Shown here one piece after another: positions 10,401 to 24,412 of a stretch of DNA of 64,000 nt. Numbering within the stretch: the stretch's first letter is position 1; every line of letters begins with the position of its first letter. The translations under genes were made by a program, and so were the position numbers. The notes under the pieces are model-generated. The model searched no databases, had not been told where the DNA came from, and saw only the letters and a list, made by a program, of their open reading frames with translations. Source of the stretch: Scyliorhinus canicula (lineage: Eukaryota); the NCBI RefSeq assembly GCF_902713615.1, contig NC_052158.1:5941196-6005195 (forward strand). Reading direction: 5' to 3'.

Positions 10401-12782
10401 TTCCTGAGTGTGGGGGAGGGGAGTTACTGCGTGTGGGGGAGGGGGAGTTAGTGTGGGGGAGGGGGAGTTACTGAGTGTGGGGGAGAGGGAGTTACTGAGT
10501 GTGGGGGAGTGGGAGTTACTGCGTGTTGGGGAGGGGGAGTAACTGAGTGTGGGGGGAGGGGGAGGTACTGAGTGTGGGGGGGGGAGGGGGAGGTACTGAG
10601 TGTGGTGGAGGGGGAGGGTACTGAGTGTGGGGGAGGGGGAGTTACTGAGTGTGGGGGAGGGGGAGTTACTGAGTGTGGGGGAGGGGGAGTTACTGCGTGT
10701 GGGGGAGGGGGAGTTACTGAGTGTGGGGGTAGGGGGAGGTACTGAGTGTGGGGGAGGGGGAGTAACTGAGGTGGGGGAGGGGGTGATCCTGAGTGTGGGG
10801 GAGGGGGAGTTACTGAGTGTGTGGGAGGGGGAGTTAGTGTGGGGGGAGGGGGAGTTACTGAGTGTGGGGGAGGGGGAGTTAGCGTTGGGGAGGGGGAGTT
10901 ACTGAGTGTGGGGGAGGGGGAGATAGTGTGGGGGAGGGGGAGTTACTTAGTGTGGGGGAGGGGGAGTTACTGAGTGTGGGGGAGGGGGAGTTACTGAGTG
11001 TGGGGGATGGGGTTAGTGTGGGGGAGGGGGAGTTACTGAGTGTGGGGGAGGGGGGAGTTAGTGTGGGGGAGGGGGAGTTACTTAGTGTGGGAGAGGGGGG
11101 GGGGACTGAGTGTGGGGGAGGGGGAGTTACTGAGTGTGGGGTTGGGGAGTTAGTGTGGGGGAGGGGGAGTTACTTAGTGTGGGGGAGGGGGAGTTACTGA
11201 GTGTGGGGGAGGGGGAGTTACTGAGTGTAGGGGAGGGGGACTTAGTGTGGGGAGGGGGAGTTAGTGTGGGGGAGGGGGAGTTACTGAGTGTGGGGAAGGG
11301 GGAGTTAGTGTGGGAGGGGGAGTTAGTGGGGGGAGGGGGAGTTACTGAGTGTGGGGGAGGGGCTGTTACTGAGTGTGGGGAAGGGGGTGTTAGTGTGGGG
11401 GAGGGGGAGGTACTGAGTGTGGGGGAGGGGGAGTTACTGAGTGTGGGGGAGGGGGAGTTAGTGTGGGGGAGGGGGAGTTACTGAGTGTGGGGAAGGGGGA
11501 GTTAGTGTGGGGGAGGGGGAGTTACTGTGTGTGGGGGAGGGGGAGTTACTGGGTGTGGGGAGGGGAGTTACTGAGTGTGGGGAAGGGGGAGTTAGTGTGG
11601 GGGAGGGGGAGTTACTGAGTGTGGGGAAGGGGGTGTTAGTGTGGGGGAGGGGGAGGTATTGAGTGTGGGGGAGGGGGAGGTACTGAGTGTGGGGGAGGGG
11701 GAGTTAGTGTGGGGGAGGGGGAGTTACTGAGTGTGGGGGAGGGCGAGGTACTGAGTGTGGGGGAGGGAGAATTACTGAGTGTGGGGCAGGGGGAGTTAGT
11801 TTGGGGGTGGGGGAGTTACTGAGTGTGGGGGAGGGGGAGTTACTGAGTGTGGGGGAGGGGGAGTTACTGAGTGTGGGGGAGGGGGAGTTAGTGTGGGGGA
11901 GGGGGAGTTACTGTGTGTGGGGGAGGGGGAGTTACTGGGTGTGGGGGAGGGGAGTTACTGAGTGTGGGGAAGGGGGAGTTAGTGTGGGGGAGGGGGAGTT
12001 ACTGAGTGTGGGGGAGGGGAAGTTACTGAGTATGGGGGAGGGGGGGTTACTTAGTGTGGGGGAGGGGGGGTTACTTAGTGTGGGGGAGGGGGAGTTAGTG
12101 TGGGGAGGGGGAGTTACTGAGTGTGGGGGAGGGGGAGTTACTGGGTGTGGGGGAGGGGGAGTTACTGAGTGTGGGGGAGGGGGAGTTAGTGTGGGGGAGG
12201 GGAGTTACTGAGTGTGGGGGAGGGGGAGTTCGTGTGGGGGAGGGGGAGTTACTGAGTGTGGGGGAGGGGGAGTTACTGAGTGTGGGGGGGAGTGGGAGTT
12301 AGTGTGGGGGAGGGGGAGTTACTGTGTGGGGGAGGGGGAGTTAGTGTGGGGGAGGGGGAGTTAGTGTGTGGGAGGGGGAGTTAGTGTGAGGGAGGGGGAG
12401 TTAGTGTGGGGGAGGGGGAGTTAGTGTGGGGGAGGGGTAGTTAGTGTGGGGGAGGGGGAGTTAGTGTGAGGGAGGGGGAGTTAGTGTGGGGGAGGGGGAG
12501 TTTGTGTGGGGGAGGGGGAGTTAGTGTGGGGGAGGGGGAGTTAGTGTGGGGGAGGGGGAGTTAGTGTGAGGGAGGGGGAGTTAGTGTGGGGGAGGGGGAG
12601 TTTGTGTGGGGGAGGGGAGTTAGTGTGGGGGAGGGGGAGTTAGTGTGTGGGAGGGGGAGTTAGTGTGAGGGAGGGGGAGTTAGTGTGGGGGAGGGGGAGT
12701 TAGTGTTGGGGAGGGGGAGTTAGTGTGGGGGAGGGGGAGTTAGTGTGTGGGAGGGGAGTGAATTAGTGCGGGGGAGGGGGGA
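7492..12782. repeat. G-rich minisatellite, about 24-bp unit (TTACTGAGTGTGGGGGAGGGGGAG)n, 5.3 kb
   Basis: Direct reading; two G5 runs per unit; produces the [16 protein letters not shown] pseudo-ORFs. Confidence 0.95.
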
Positions 12783-13190
12783 GATGGTAATTTGAACTCT
12801 CTGTGCCAGTGCAATATAAGAAGGTGGTTTTGTGGTGTCGAGGGAACTGTCCCTGTCTCTAAACCAGAACCTTTGGGTTTGAATCCCACCCCAAGACCTG
12901 ATGCCCAAGGAAGGTGTGTTTTTTAGAGGTTAAACAATGCCAACCTGCAAACCCTTCCTCACATGCCAGTGGCTGGAGGTAAGAGAGGGAGTGAGTCTTC
13001 GCCAGCTACACTTCATGTGGAGTGGTGCTCCCTCAACCTATAAGGCCCCAGCGAGAGACGAGCGACCCGTTGCAGGAATAGCTCGTCATGGAAACAGATA
13101 AAAGTCTATCTTCGTGCACACTCAGATGATCTGGTGACATCAGCTGATGTTGTCCATACAGCTGTAATGTTAATTGAAACCTGCCAGTTG

Positions 13191-13502
13191 GGGCGGCACG
13201 GTAGCACAAGTGGATAGCACTGTGGCTCCACAGCGCCAGGGTCCCAGGTTCGATTCCCCACTGGGTGACTGTCTGTGCGGAGTCTGCATGTTCTCTCCGT
13301 TTCTGCGTGGGTTTCCTCCGGATGCTCCGGTTTCCTGCCACAGTCCAAAGACCTGCAGGTTAGGTGGATTGGCCAGGCTAAATTGCCCTTAGTGTCCAAA
13401 AAGGTTTGGAGGGGTTATTGGATTACGGGAATAGGGTGGAAGTGGGGGCTTAAGTGGGTCGGTGCAGACTCGATGGGCCGAATGGCATTGTATGTTCTAT
13501 GA
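13191..13502 (+). mobile_element. tRNA-derived SINE copy
   Basis: GGGCGGCACGGTAGCAC head and conserved core. Confidence 0.85.
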
Positions 13503-13665
13503 ATCTCAACATGAATCTCCGGGAACTTTGATGGTCATTATGGATGGAGTGACGGTGCCCAAAGGGCACAAACATGTCAGCATATAGTTTGTATTTGGTT
13601 ATGCTCACTGAGACGCGATTTTCATTTGACCTTTTGTTATGACCTCAATTGTGATTGGTCCCCAG

Positions 13666-13986
13666 AGCGGTACCCAATGGAGCCCGCGCTTTATGTTCTA
13701 TCGCCGACCTTTGAAGAAATTGACATGACGGCGAAAGCGACCCTGGTCTGCCTGGCGGCCGGATTTTACCCAGAGGATATTTCTTTCCGCTGGTTCGTTG
13801 ATGGCAGCCCCGTGGTCGATGATATCACAAGCTACCCACCTGTTCTAAATATAAACGGTACCTACAGTGCGCAGAGCGACTTGATGTCAACTGCACAGAA
13901 ATGGAACCACGGCTCTGTCTATTCGTGTGAGATTCAGCATGTGTCGGTGCCAGACGGGATCGTTCAAACCATCAATAAAACTCTGG
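13666..13986 (+). CDS. Ig C1-set constant domain exon 2
   Basis: Acceptor CCCCAG|AG and donor G|GTAAGA, phase 1-1, 321 bp; EPALYVLSP..EE...KATLVCLAAGFYPEDISFRW...NGTYSAQSDL...KWNHGSVYSCEIQH is a typical Ig heavy-chain-like C1 domain. Confidence 0.93.
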
Positions 13987-14038
13987 GTAAGAAGACTCGG
14001 TTTGATGTAGCAACAGCGTTCATTGATAAAGAATCAAT

Positions 14039-14538
14039 NNNNNNNNNNNNNNNNNNNNNNNNNNNNNNNNNNNNNNNNNNNNNNNNNNNNNNNNNNNNNN
14101 NNNNNNNNNNNNNNNNNNNNNNNNNNNNNNNNNNNNNNNNNNNNNNNNNNNNNNNNNNNNNNNNNNNNNNNNNNNNNNNNNNNNNNNNNNNNNNNNNNNN
14201 NNNNNNNNNNNNNNNNNNNNNNNNNNNNNNNNNNNNNNNNNNNNNNNNNNNNNNNNNNNNNNNNNNNNNNNNNNNNNNNNNNNNNNNNNNNNNNNNNNNN
14301 NNNNNNNNNNNNNNNNNNNNNNNNNNNNNNNNNNNNNNNNNNNNNNNNNNNNNNNNNNNNNNNNNNNNNNNNNNNNNNNNNNNNNNNNNNNNNNNNNNNN
14401 NNNNNNNNNNNNNNNNNNNNNNNNNNNNNNNNNNNNNNNNNNNNNNNNNNNNNNNNNNNNNNNNNNNNNNNNNNNNNNNNNNNNNNNNNNNNNNNNNNNN
14501 NNNNNNNNNNNNNNNNNNNNNNNNNNNNNNNNNNNNNN
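14039..14538. other. Assembly gap (500 N)
   Basis: Run of N. Confidence 1.
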
Positions 14539-14880
14539 TGTTACACATCCTATCACATATCCTTGCATTGACCGCCTGTTACACATCCTATCACATATCC
14601 TTGCATTGACCGCCTGTTACACATCCTATCAATATTCCTGCATTGACCGCCTGTTACACACCCTATCACATATCCTTGCATTGATCGCCTGTTACACATC
14701 CTATCACATATCCTTGCATTGACCGCCTGTTACACATCCTATCACATATCCTTGCATTGATCGCCTGTTACACACCCTATCAAATATTCCTGCATTGACC
14801 GCCTGTTACACATCCTGTCACAGATCCTTGCATTGACCGCCTGTTACACATTGTATGAGTGTGTGACATCTTGTTACACA
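14539..14880. repeat. 38-bp minisatellite (GCCTGTTACACATCCTATCACATATCCTTGCATTGACC)n, truncated by the gap
   Basis: About 9 copies; period 38 (14539 to 14577). Confidence 0.92.
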
Positions 14881-15081
14881 TTGCCCATTAAGAATGGGAG
14901 CGATCCAATGGCCACGCTGCGCCCGACATGCAGGTCGCTGTGGCTCAGTGTGGCCGATAAAAGCCAGGAGACCCTGTTCCTGGGATCGACACGACTCACA
15001 GCGCCTCTCGAGATTCAGTGTGATCTCCGAGGCATTGCGATATAAATCCCACCCATTGTGGACGAGATCACTTTTCAACAA

Positions 15082-18000
15082 ATCTACACCTTCGCACAGA
15101 GACAGCTGGACCCACTTTAATCTGCAGATACCCGAGGTATCGGATCAATCCCCTTCGCACAGAGACAGCTGGACCCACTTTAATCTGCAGATACCCGAGG
15201 TATCGGATCAATCCCCTTCGCACAGAGACAGCTGGACCCACTTTAATCTGCAGATACCCGAGGTATCGGATCAATCCCCTTCGCACAGAGACAGCTGGAC
15301 CCACTTTAATCTGCAGATACCCGAGGTATCGGATCAATCCCCTTCGCACAGAGACAGCTGGACCCACTTTAATCTGCAGATACCCGAGGTATCGGATCAA
15401 TCCCCTTCGCACAGAGACCTCGACCCACTTTAATCTGCAGATACCCGAGGTATCGGATCAATCCCCTTCGCACAGAGACAGCTGGACCCACTTTAATCTG
15501 CAGATACCCGAGGTATCGGATCAATCCCCTTCACACAGAGACAGCTGGACCCACTTTAATCTGCAGATACCCGAGGTATCGGATCAATTCCCTTCGCACA
15601 GAGACAGCTGGACCCACCTTAATCTGCAGATACCCGAGGTATCGGATCAATCCCCTTCGCACAGAGACAGCTGGACCCACTTTAATCTGCAGATACCCGA
15701 GGTATCGGATCAATCCCCTTGGCACAGAGACAGCTGGGCCCACTTTAATCTGCAGATACCCGAGGTATCGGATCAATCCCCTTCGCACAGAGACAGCTGG
15801 GCCCACTTTAATCTGCAGATACCCGAGGTATCGGATCAATCCCCTTCACACAGAGACAGCTGGACCCACTTTAATCTGCAGGTACCCGAGGTATCGGATC
15901 AATCCCCTTCGCACAGAGACAGCTGGGCCCACTTTAATCTGCAGGTACCCGAGGTATCGGATCAATCCCCTTCGCACAGAGACAGCTGGGCCCACTTTAA
16001 TCTGCAGGTACCCGAGGTATCGGATCAATCCCCTTCGCACAGAGACAGCTGGGCCCACTTTAATCTGCAGATACCCGAGGTATCGGATCAATCCCCTTCG
16101 CACAGAGACAGTTGGACCCACTTTAATCTGCAGATACCCGAGGTATCGGATCAATCCCCTTCGCACAGAGACAGCTGGACCCACTTTAATCTGCAGATAG
16201 CCGAGGTATCGGATCAATCCCCTTCGCACAGAGACAGCTGGACCCACTTTAATCTGCAGATACCCGAGGTATCGGATCAATCCCCTTCGCACAGAGACCT
16301 TGACCCACTTTAATCTGCAGATACCCGAGGTATCGGATCAATCCCCTTCGCACAGAGACCTCGACCCACTTTAATCTGCAGATACCCGAGGTATCGGATC
16401 AATCCCCTTCGCACAGAGACCTTGACCCACTTTAATCTGCAGATACCCGAGGTATCGGATCAATCCCCTTCGCACAGAGACCTCGACCCACTTTAATCTG
16501 CAGATACCCGAGGTATCGGATCAATCCCCTTCGCACAGAGACAGCTGGACCCACCTTAATCTGCAGATACCCGAGGTATCGGATCAATCCCCTTCGCACA
16601 GAGACAGCTGGACCCACTTTAATCTGCAGATACCCGAGGTATCGGATCAATCCCCTTCGCACAGAGACAGCTGGAGCCACTTTAATCTGCAGATATCCGA
16701 GGTATCGGATCAATTCCCTTCGCACAGAGACAGCTGGACCCACTTTAATCTGCAGATACCCGAGGTATCGGATCAATCCCCTTCGCACAGAGACAGCTGG
16801 ACCCACTTTAATCTGCAGATACCCGAGGTATCGGATCAATCCCCTTGGCACAGAGACAGCTGGACCCACTTTAATCTGCAGATACCCGAGGTATCGGATC
16901 AATCCCCTTCGCACAGAGACAGCTGGACCCACTTTAATCTGCAGATACCCGAGGTATCGGATCAATGCCCTTCGCACAGAGACAGCTGGACACACTTTAA
17001 TCTGCAGATACCCGAGGTATCGGATCAATCCCCTTGGCACAGAGACCTCGACCCACTTTAATGTGCAGATACCCGAGGTATCGGATCAATCCCCTTCACA
17101 CAGAGACAGCTGGACCCACTTTAATCTGCAGATACCCGAGGGATCGGATCAATCCCCTTCGCACAGAGACAGCTGGGCCCACTTTAATCTGCAGATACCC
17201 GAGGTATCGGATCAATCCCCTTGGCACAGAGACAGCTGGGCCCACTTTAATCTGCAGATACCCGAGGTATTGGATCAATCCCCTTCGCACAGAGACAGCT
17301 GGACCCACTTTAATCTGCAGATACCCGAGGTATCGGATCAATCCCCTTGGCACAGAGACACCTGGACCCACTTTAATCTGCAGATACCCGAGGTATCGGA
17401 TCAATCCCCTTCGCACAGAGACAGCTGGACCCACTTTAATCTGCAGATACCCGAGGTATCGGATCAATCCCCTTGGTACAGAGACAGCTGGACCCACTTT
17501 AATCTGCAGATACCCGAGGTATCGGATCAATCCCCTTCGCACAGAGACAGCTGGACCCACTTTAATCTGCAGATACCCGAGGTATCGGATCAATCCCCTT
17601 CGTACAGAGACAGCTGGACACACTTTAATCTGCAGATACCCGAGATATCGGATCAATCCCCTTGGCACAGAGACCTCGACCCACTTTAATCTGCAGATAC
17701 CCGAGGTATCGGATCAATCCCCTTCGCACAGAGACAGCTGGACCCACTTTAATCTGCAGATACCCGAGGGATCGGATCAATCCCCTTCGCACAGAGACAG
17801 CTGGGCCCACTTTAATCTGCAGATACCCGAGGTATCGGATCAATCCCCTTGGCACAGAGACAGCTGGGCCCACTTTAGTCTGCAGATACCCGAGGTATCG
17901 GATCAATCCCCTTCGCACAGAGACAGCTGGACCCACTTTAATCTGCAGATACCCGAGGTATCGGATCAATCCCCTTGGCACAGAGACACCTGGACACACT

Positions 18001-21000
18001 TTAATCTGCAGATACCCGAGGTATCGGATCAATCCCCTTCGCACAGAGACAGCTGGACCCACTTTAATCTGCAGATACCCGAGGTATCGGATCAATCCCC
18101 TTGGCACAGAGACAGCTGGACCCACTTTAATCTGCAGATACCCGAGGTATCGGATCAATCCCCTTCGCACAGAGACAGCTGGACCCACTTTAATCTGCAG
18201 ATACCCGAGGTATCGGATCAATCCCCTTGGCACAGAGACAGCTGGACCCACTTTAATCTGCAGATACCCGAGGTATCGGATCAATCCCCTTCGCACAGAG
18301 ACAGCTGGACCCACTTTAATCTGCAGATACCCGAGGTATCGGATCAATCCCCTTGGCACAGAGACAGCTGGACCCACTTTAATCTGCAGATACCCGAGGT
18401 ATCGGATCAATCCCCTTGGCACAGAGACAGCTGGACCCACTTTAATCTGCAGATACCCGAGGTATCGGATCAATCCCCTTCGCACAGAGACAGCTGGACC
18501 CACTTTAATCTGCAGATACCCGAGGTATCGGATCAATCCCCTTCGCACAGAGACAGCTGGACCCACTTTAATCTGCAGATACCCGAGGTATCGGATCAAT
18601 CCCCTTCGCACAGAGACCTCGACCCACTTTAATCTGCAGATACCCGAGGTATCGGATCAATCCCCTTCGCACAGAGACAGCTGGACCCACCTTAATCTGC
18701 AGATACCCGAGGTATCGGATCAATCCCCTTCGCACAGAGACAGCTGGACCCACTTTAATCTGCAGATACCCGAGGTATCGGATCAATCCCCTTCGCACAG
18801 AGACAGCTGGAGCCACTTTAATCTGCAGATACCCGAGGTATCGGATCAATTCCCTTCGCACAGAGACAGCTGGACCCACTTTAATCTGCAGATACCCGAG
18901 GTATCGGATCAATCCCCTTCGCACAGAGACAGCTGGACCCACTTTAATCTGCAGATACCCGAGGTATCGGATCAATCCCCTTGGCACAGAGACAGCTGGA
19001 CCCACTTTAATCTGCAGATACCCGAGGTATCGGATCAATCCCCTTCGCACAGAGACAGCTGGACCCACTTTAATCTGCAGATACCCGAGGTATCGGATCA
19101 ATCCCCTTCGCACAGAGACAGCTGGACACACTTTAATCTGCAGATACCCGAGGTATCGGATCAATCCCCTTGGCACAGAGACCTCGACCCACTTTAATCT
19201 GCAGATACCCGAGGTATCGGATCAATCCCCTTCGCACAGAGACAGCTGGACCCACTTTAATCTGCAGATACCCGAGGGATCGGATCAATCCCCTTCGCAC
19301 AGAGACAGCTGGGCCCACTTTAATCTGCAGATACCCGAGGTATCGGATCAATCCCCTTGGCACAGAGACAGCTGGGACCACTTTAATCTGCAGATACCCG
19401 AGGTATCGGATCAATCCCCTTCGCACAGAGACAGCTGGACCCACTTTAATCTGCAGATACCCGAGGTATCGGATCAATCCCCTTCGCATAGAGACAGCTG
19501 GACCCACTTTAATCTGCAGATACCCGAGGTATCGGATCAATCCCCTTGGCACAGAGACACCTGGACCCACTTTAATCTGCAGATACCCGAGGTATCGGAT
19601 CAATCCCCTTTGCACAGAGACAGCTGGACCCACTTTAATCTGCAGATACCCGAGGTATTGGATCAATCCCCTTGGCACAGAGACAGCTGGACCCACTTTA
19701 ATCTGCAGATACCCGAGGTATCGGATCAATCCCCTTGGCACAGAGACCTCGACCCACTTTAATCTGCAGATACCCGAGGTATCGGATCAATCCCCTTCGC
19801 ACAGAGACAGCTGGACACACTTTAATCTGCAGATACCCGAGGTATCGGATCAATCCCCTTGGCACAGAGACCTCGACCCACTTTAATCTGCAGATACCCG
19901 AGGTATCGGATCAATCCCCTTCGCACAGAGACAGCTGGACCCACTTTAATCTGCAGATACCCGAGGGATCGGATCAATCCCCTTCGCACAGAGACAGCTG
20001 GGCCCACTTTAATCTGCAGATACCCGAGGTATCGGATCAATCCCCTTGGCACAGAGACAGCTGGGACCACTTTAATCTGCAGATACCCGAGGTATCGGAT
20101 CAATCCCCTTCGCACAGAGACAGCTGGACCCACTTTAATCTGCAGATACCCGAGGTATCGGATCAATCCCCTTCGCATAGAGACAGCTGGACCCACTTTA
20201 ATCTGCAGATACCCGAGGTATCGGATCAATCCCCTTGGCACAGAGACACCTGGACCCACTTTAATCTGCAGATACCCGAGGTATCGGATCAATCCCCTTT
20301 GCACAGAGACAGCTGGACCCACTTTAATCTGCAGATACCCGAGGTATTGGATCAATCCCCTTGGCACAGAGACAGCTGGACCCACTTTAATCTGCAGATA
20401 CCCGAGGTATCGGATCAATCCCCTTGGCACAGAGACCTCGACCCACTTTAATCTGCAGATACCCGAGGTATCGGATCAATCCCCTTCGCACAGAGACAGC
20501 TGGACCCACTTTAATCTGCAGATACCCGAGGGATCGGATCAATCCCCTTCGCACAGAGACAGCTGGGCCCACTTTAATCTGCAGATACCCGAGGTATCGG
20601 ATCAATCCCCTTGGCACAGAGACAGCTGGACCCACTTTAATCTGCAGATACCCGAGGTATCGGATCAATCCCCTTGGCACAGAGACAGCTGGACCCACTT
20701 TAATCTGCAGATACCCGAGGTATCGGATCAATCCCCTTCGCACAGAGACAGCTGGACCCACTTTAATCTGCAGATACCCGAGGTATCGGATCAATCCCCT
20801 TGGCACAGAGACAGCTGGGCCCACTTTAATCTGCAGATACCCGAGGTATCGGATCAATCCCCTTCGCACAGAGACAGCTGGACCCACTTTAATCTGCAGA
20901 TACCCGAGGTATCGGATCAATCCCCTTCGCACAGAGACAGCTGGACCCACTTTAATCTGCAGATACCCGAGGTATCGGATCAATCCCCTTGGCACAGAGA

Positions 21001-23892
21001 CAGCTGGACCCACTTTAATCTGCAGATACCCGAGGTATCGGATCAATCCCCTTCGCACAGAGACAGCTGGACCCACTTTAATCTGCAGATACCCGAGGTA
21101 TCGGATCAATCCCCTTCGCACAGAGACAGCTGGACCCACTTTAATCTGCAGATACCCGAGGTATCGGATCAGTCCCCTTCGCACAGAGACAGCTGGACCC
21201 ACTTTAATCTGCAGATACCCGAGGTATCGGATCAATCCCCTTCGCACAGAGACAGCTGGACCCACTTTAATCTGCAGATACCTGAGGTATCGGATCAATC
21301 CCCTTCGCACAGAGGCAGCTGGACCCACTTTAATCTGCAGATACCCGAGGTATCGGATCAATCCCCTTCGCACAGAGACAGCTGGACCCACTTTAATCTG
21401 CAGATACCCGAGGTATCGGATCAATCCCCTTGGCACAGAGACAGCTGGGCCCACTTTAATCTGCAGATACCTGAGGTATCGGATCAATCCCCTTCGCACA
21501 GAGACAGCTGGACCCACTTTAATCTGCAGATACCCGAGGTATCGGATCAATCCTCTTGGCACAGAGACAGCTGGACCCACTTTAATCTGCAGATACCCGA
21601 GGTATCGGATCAATCCCCTTGGCACAGAGACAGCTGGACCCACTTTAATCTGCAGATACCCGAGGTATCGGATCAATCCCCTTGGCACAGAGACAGCTGG
21701 ACCCACTTTAATCTGCAGATACCCGAGGTATCGGATCAATCCCCTTCGCACAGAGACAGCTGGACCCACTTTAATCTGCAGATACCCGAGGTATCGGATC
21801 AATCCCCTTCGCACAGAGACAGCTGGACCCACCTTAATCTGCAGATACCCGAGGTATCGGATCAATCCCCTTCGCACAGACAGCTGGACCCACTTTAATC
21901 TGCAGATACCCGAGGTATCGGATCAATCCCCTTCGCACAGAGACAGCTGGGCCCACTTTAATCTGCAGATACCCGAGGTATCGGATCAATCCCCTTCGCA
22001 CAGAGACAGCTGGGCCCACTTTAATCTGCAGATACCCGAGGTATCGGATCAATCCCCTTCGCACAGAGACAGCTGGACCCACTTTAATCTGCAGATACCC
22101 GAGGTATCGGATCAATCCCCTTTGCACAGAGACAGCTGGACCCACTTTAATCTGCAGATACCCGAGGTATCGGATCAATCCCCTTGGCACAGAGACAGCT
22201 GGGCCCACTTTAATCTGCAGATACCCGAGGTATCGGATCAATCCCCTTCGCACAGAGACAGCTGGACCCACTTTAATCTGCAGATACCCGAGGTATCGGA
22301 TCAATCCCCTTGGCACAGAGACAGCTGGACCCACTTTAATCTGCAGATACCCGAGGTATCGGATCAATCCCCTTGGCACAGAGACAGCTGGACCCACTTT
22401 AATCTGCAGATACCCGAGGTATCGGATCAATCCCCTTCGCACAGAGACAGCTGGACCCACTTTAATCTGCAGATACCCGAGGTATCGGATCAATCCCCTT
22501 CGCACAGAGACAGCTGGACCCACTTTAATCTGCAGATACCCGAGGTATCGGATCAATCCCCTTCGCACAGAGACCTCGACCCACTTTAATCTGCAGATAC
22601 CCGAGGTATCGGATCAATCCCCTTCGCACAGAGACAGCTGGACCCACTTTAATCTGCAGATACCCGAGGTATCGGATCAATCCCCTTCGCACAGAGACAG
22701 CTGGACCCACTTTAATCTGCAGATACCCGAGGTATCGGATCAATCCCCTTGGCACAGAGACAGCTGGGCCCACTTTAATCTGCAGATACCCGAGGTATCG
22801 GATCAATCCCCTTGGCACAGAGACAGCTGGGCCCACTTTAATCTGCAGATACCCGAGGTATCGGATCAATCCCCTTGGCACAGAGACAGCTGGACCCACT
22901 TTAATCTGCAGATACCCGAGGTATCGGATCAATCCCCTTGGCACAGAGACAGCTGGACCCACTTTAATCTGCAGATACCCGAGGTATCGGATCAATCCCC
23001 TTGGCACAGAGACAGCTGGACCCACTTTAATCTGCAGATACCCGAGGTATCGGATCAATCCCCTTCGCACAGAGACCTCGACCCACTTTAATCTGCAGAT
23101 ACCCGAGGTATCGGATCAATCCCCTTCGCACAGAGACAGCTGGACCCACTTTAATCTGCAGATACCCGAGGTACCGGATCAATCCCCTTGGCACAGAGAC
23201 AGCTGGACCCACTTTAATCTGCAGATACCCGAGGTATCGGATCAATCCCCTTCGCACAGAGACAGCTGGGCCCACTTTAATCTGCAGATACCCGAGGTAT
23301 CGGATCAATCCCCTTCGCACAGAGACAGCTGGACCCACTTTAATCTGCAGAAACCCGAGGTATCGGATCAATCCTCTAGACACAGAGACAGCTGGACCCA
23401 CTTTAATCTGCAGATACCCGAGGTATCGGATCAATCCCCTTCGCACAGAGACAGCTGGACCCACTTTAATCTGCAGATACCCGAGGGATCGGATCAATCC
23501 CCTTCGCACAGAGACAGCTGGACCCACTTTAATCTGCAGATACCAGAGGTATCGGATCAATCCCCTTCGCACAGAGACAGCTGGACCCACTTTAATCTGC
23601 AGATACCCGAGGTATCGGATCAATCCCCTTCGCACAGAGACAGCTGGGCCCACTTTAATCTGCAGATACCCGAGGTATCGGATCAATCCCCTTCGCACAG
23701 AGACAGCTGGACCCACTTTAATCTGCAGATACCCGAGGTATCGGATCAATCCCCTTGGCACAGAGACCTCGACCCACTTTAATCTGCAGATACCCGAGGT
23801 ATCGGATCAATCCCCTTCGCACAGAGACAGCTGGGCCCACTTTAATCTGCAGATACCCGAGGTATCGGATCAATCCCCTTCGCACAGAGACG
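15082..23892. repeat. 63-bp satellite array (about 140 copies) with 61-bp variant units
   Basis: Unit TTCGCACAGAGACAGCTGGACCCACTTTAATCTGCAGATACCCGAGGTATCGGATCAATCCCC; the variant GAGACCTCGACC is 2 bp shorter; gives 21-aa repeat pseudo-ORFs. Confidence 0.97.
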
Positions 23893-24412
23893 TCGGGCCA
23901 GCGCCATTCACTCATCCACCAGCGGAGGCAGCAAGGTGCATGCCCTTTGACAGAGTGGTACCCTGGCACTGCTCGTGCTATCTGGGCACCCTGGCACTGC
24001 CACCCAGGTTGGCACAGCCAAGGTGCCAAGCTGGCATGTGCTGCCGATCGGGCCGGGGTGCCTTGTCTGGGTGTTGGGGAGGGGGGATACAGTGGGTTTG
24101 CTCCCGTAGTATGTTGGGGCTTTGCGGGGGGTAGGGGGGGAGGGGAGAAGGATTTGGGAGCCTCGGAGATCGGAACGTCATTTTCCAAAGATGTCCCAAT
24201 CTTTCGCTATCCGGTGAGCAGACCTCCTCGGTGTAGAAAACAGGGCTAAGCGCCGTCTCGGCCGTGAGTTCCCCACCTTATTTAACGTGAATGAGATCGA
24301 ACAGCCATGCGTTTTCCCGTGCTGTGAATGCTGGGAAACAAACGACTAAACGCGCTCTCTGTGTGCCTTGCTTCTCTTTTAGTTGAATCGCGCATTCTGA
24401 TTCTAAAGTAGC

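Noticed and set aside
7440-12908. Gly/Glu-rich ORFs and a true class-switch region
   Set aside because: ORFs are minisatellite translations; the array lacks AGCT, lies between C exons of one gene, and canonical switch regions are not known in sharks.
13964-14609. ORFs spanning poly-X
   Set aside because: Artefacts of the 500-N gap; only 13666-13986 is supported as coding.
15068-23892. Long ORFs (up to 721 aa) of 21-aa repeats; possible CRISPR-like array
   Set aside because: Pure 63-bp tandem satellite: open frames arise because the unit is a multiple of 3, they occur on both strands, and there are no unique spacers or cas genes in this vertebrate DNA.
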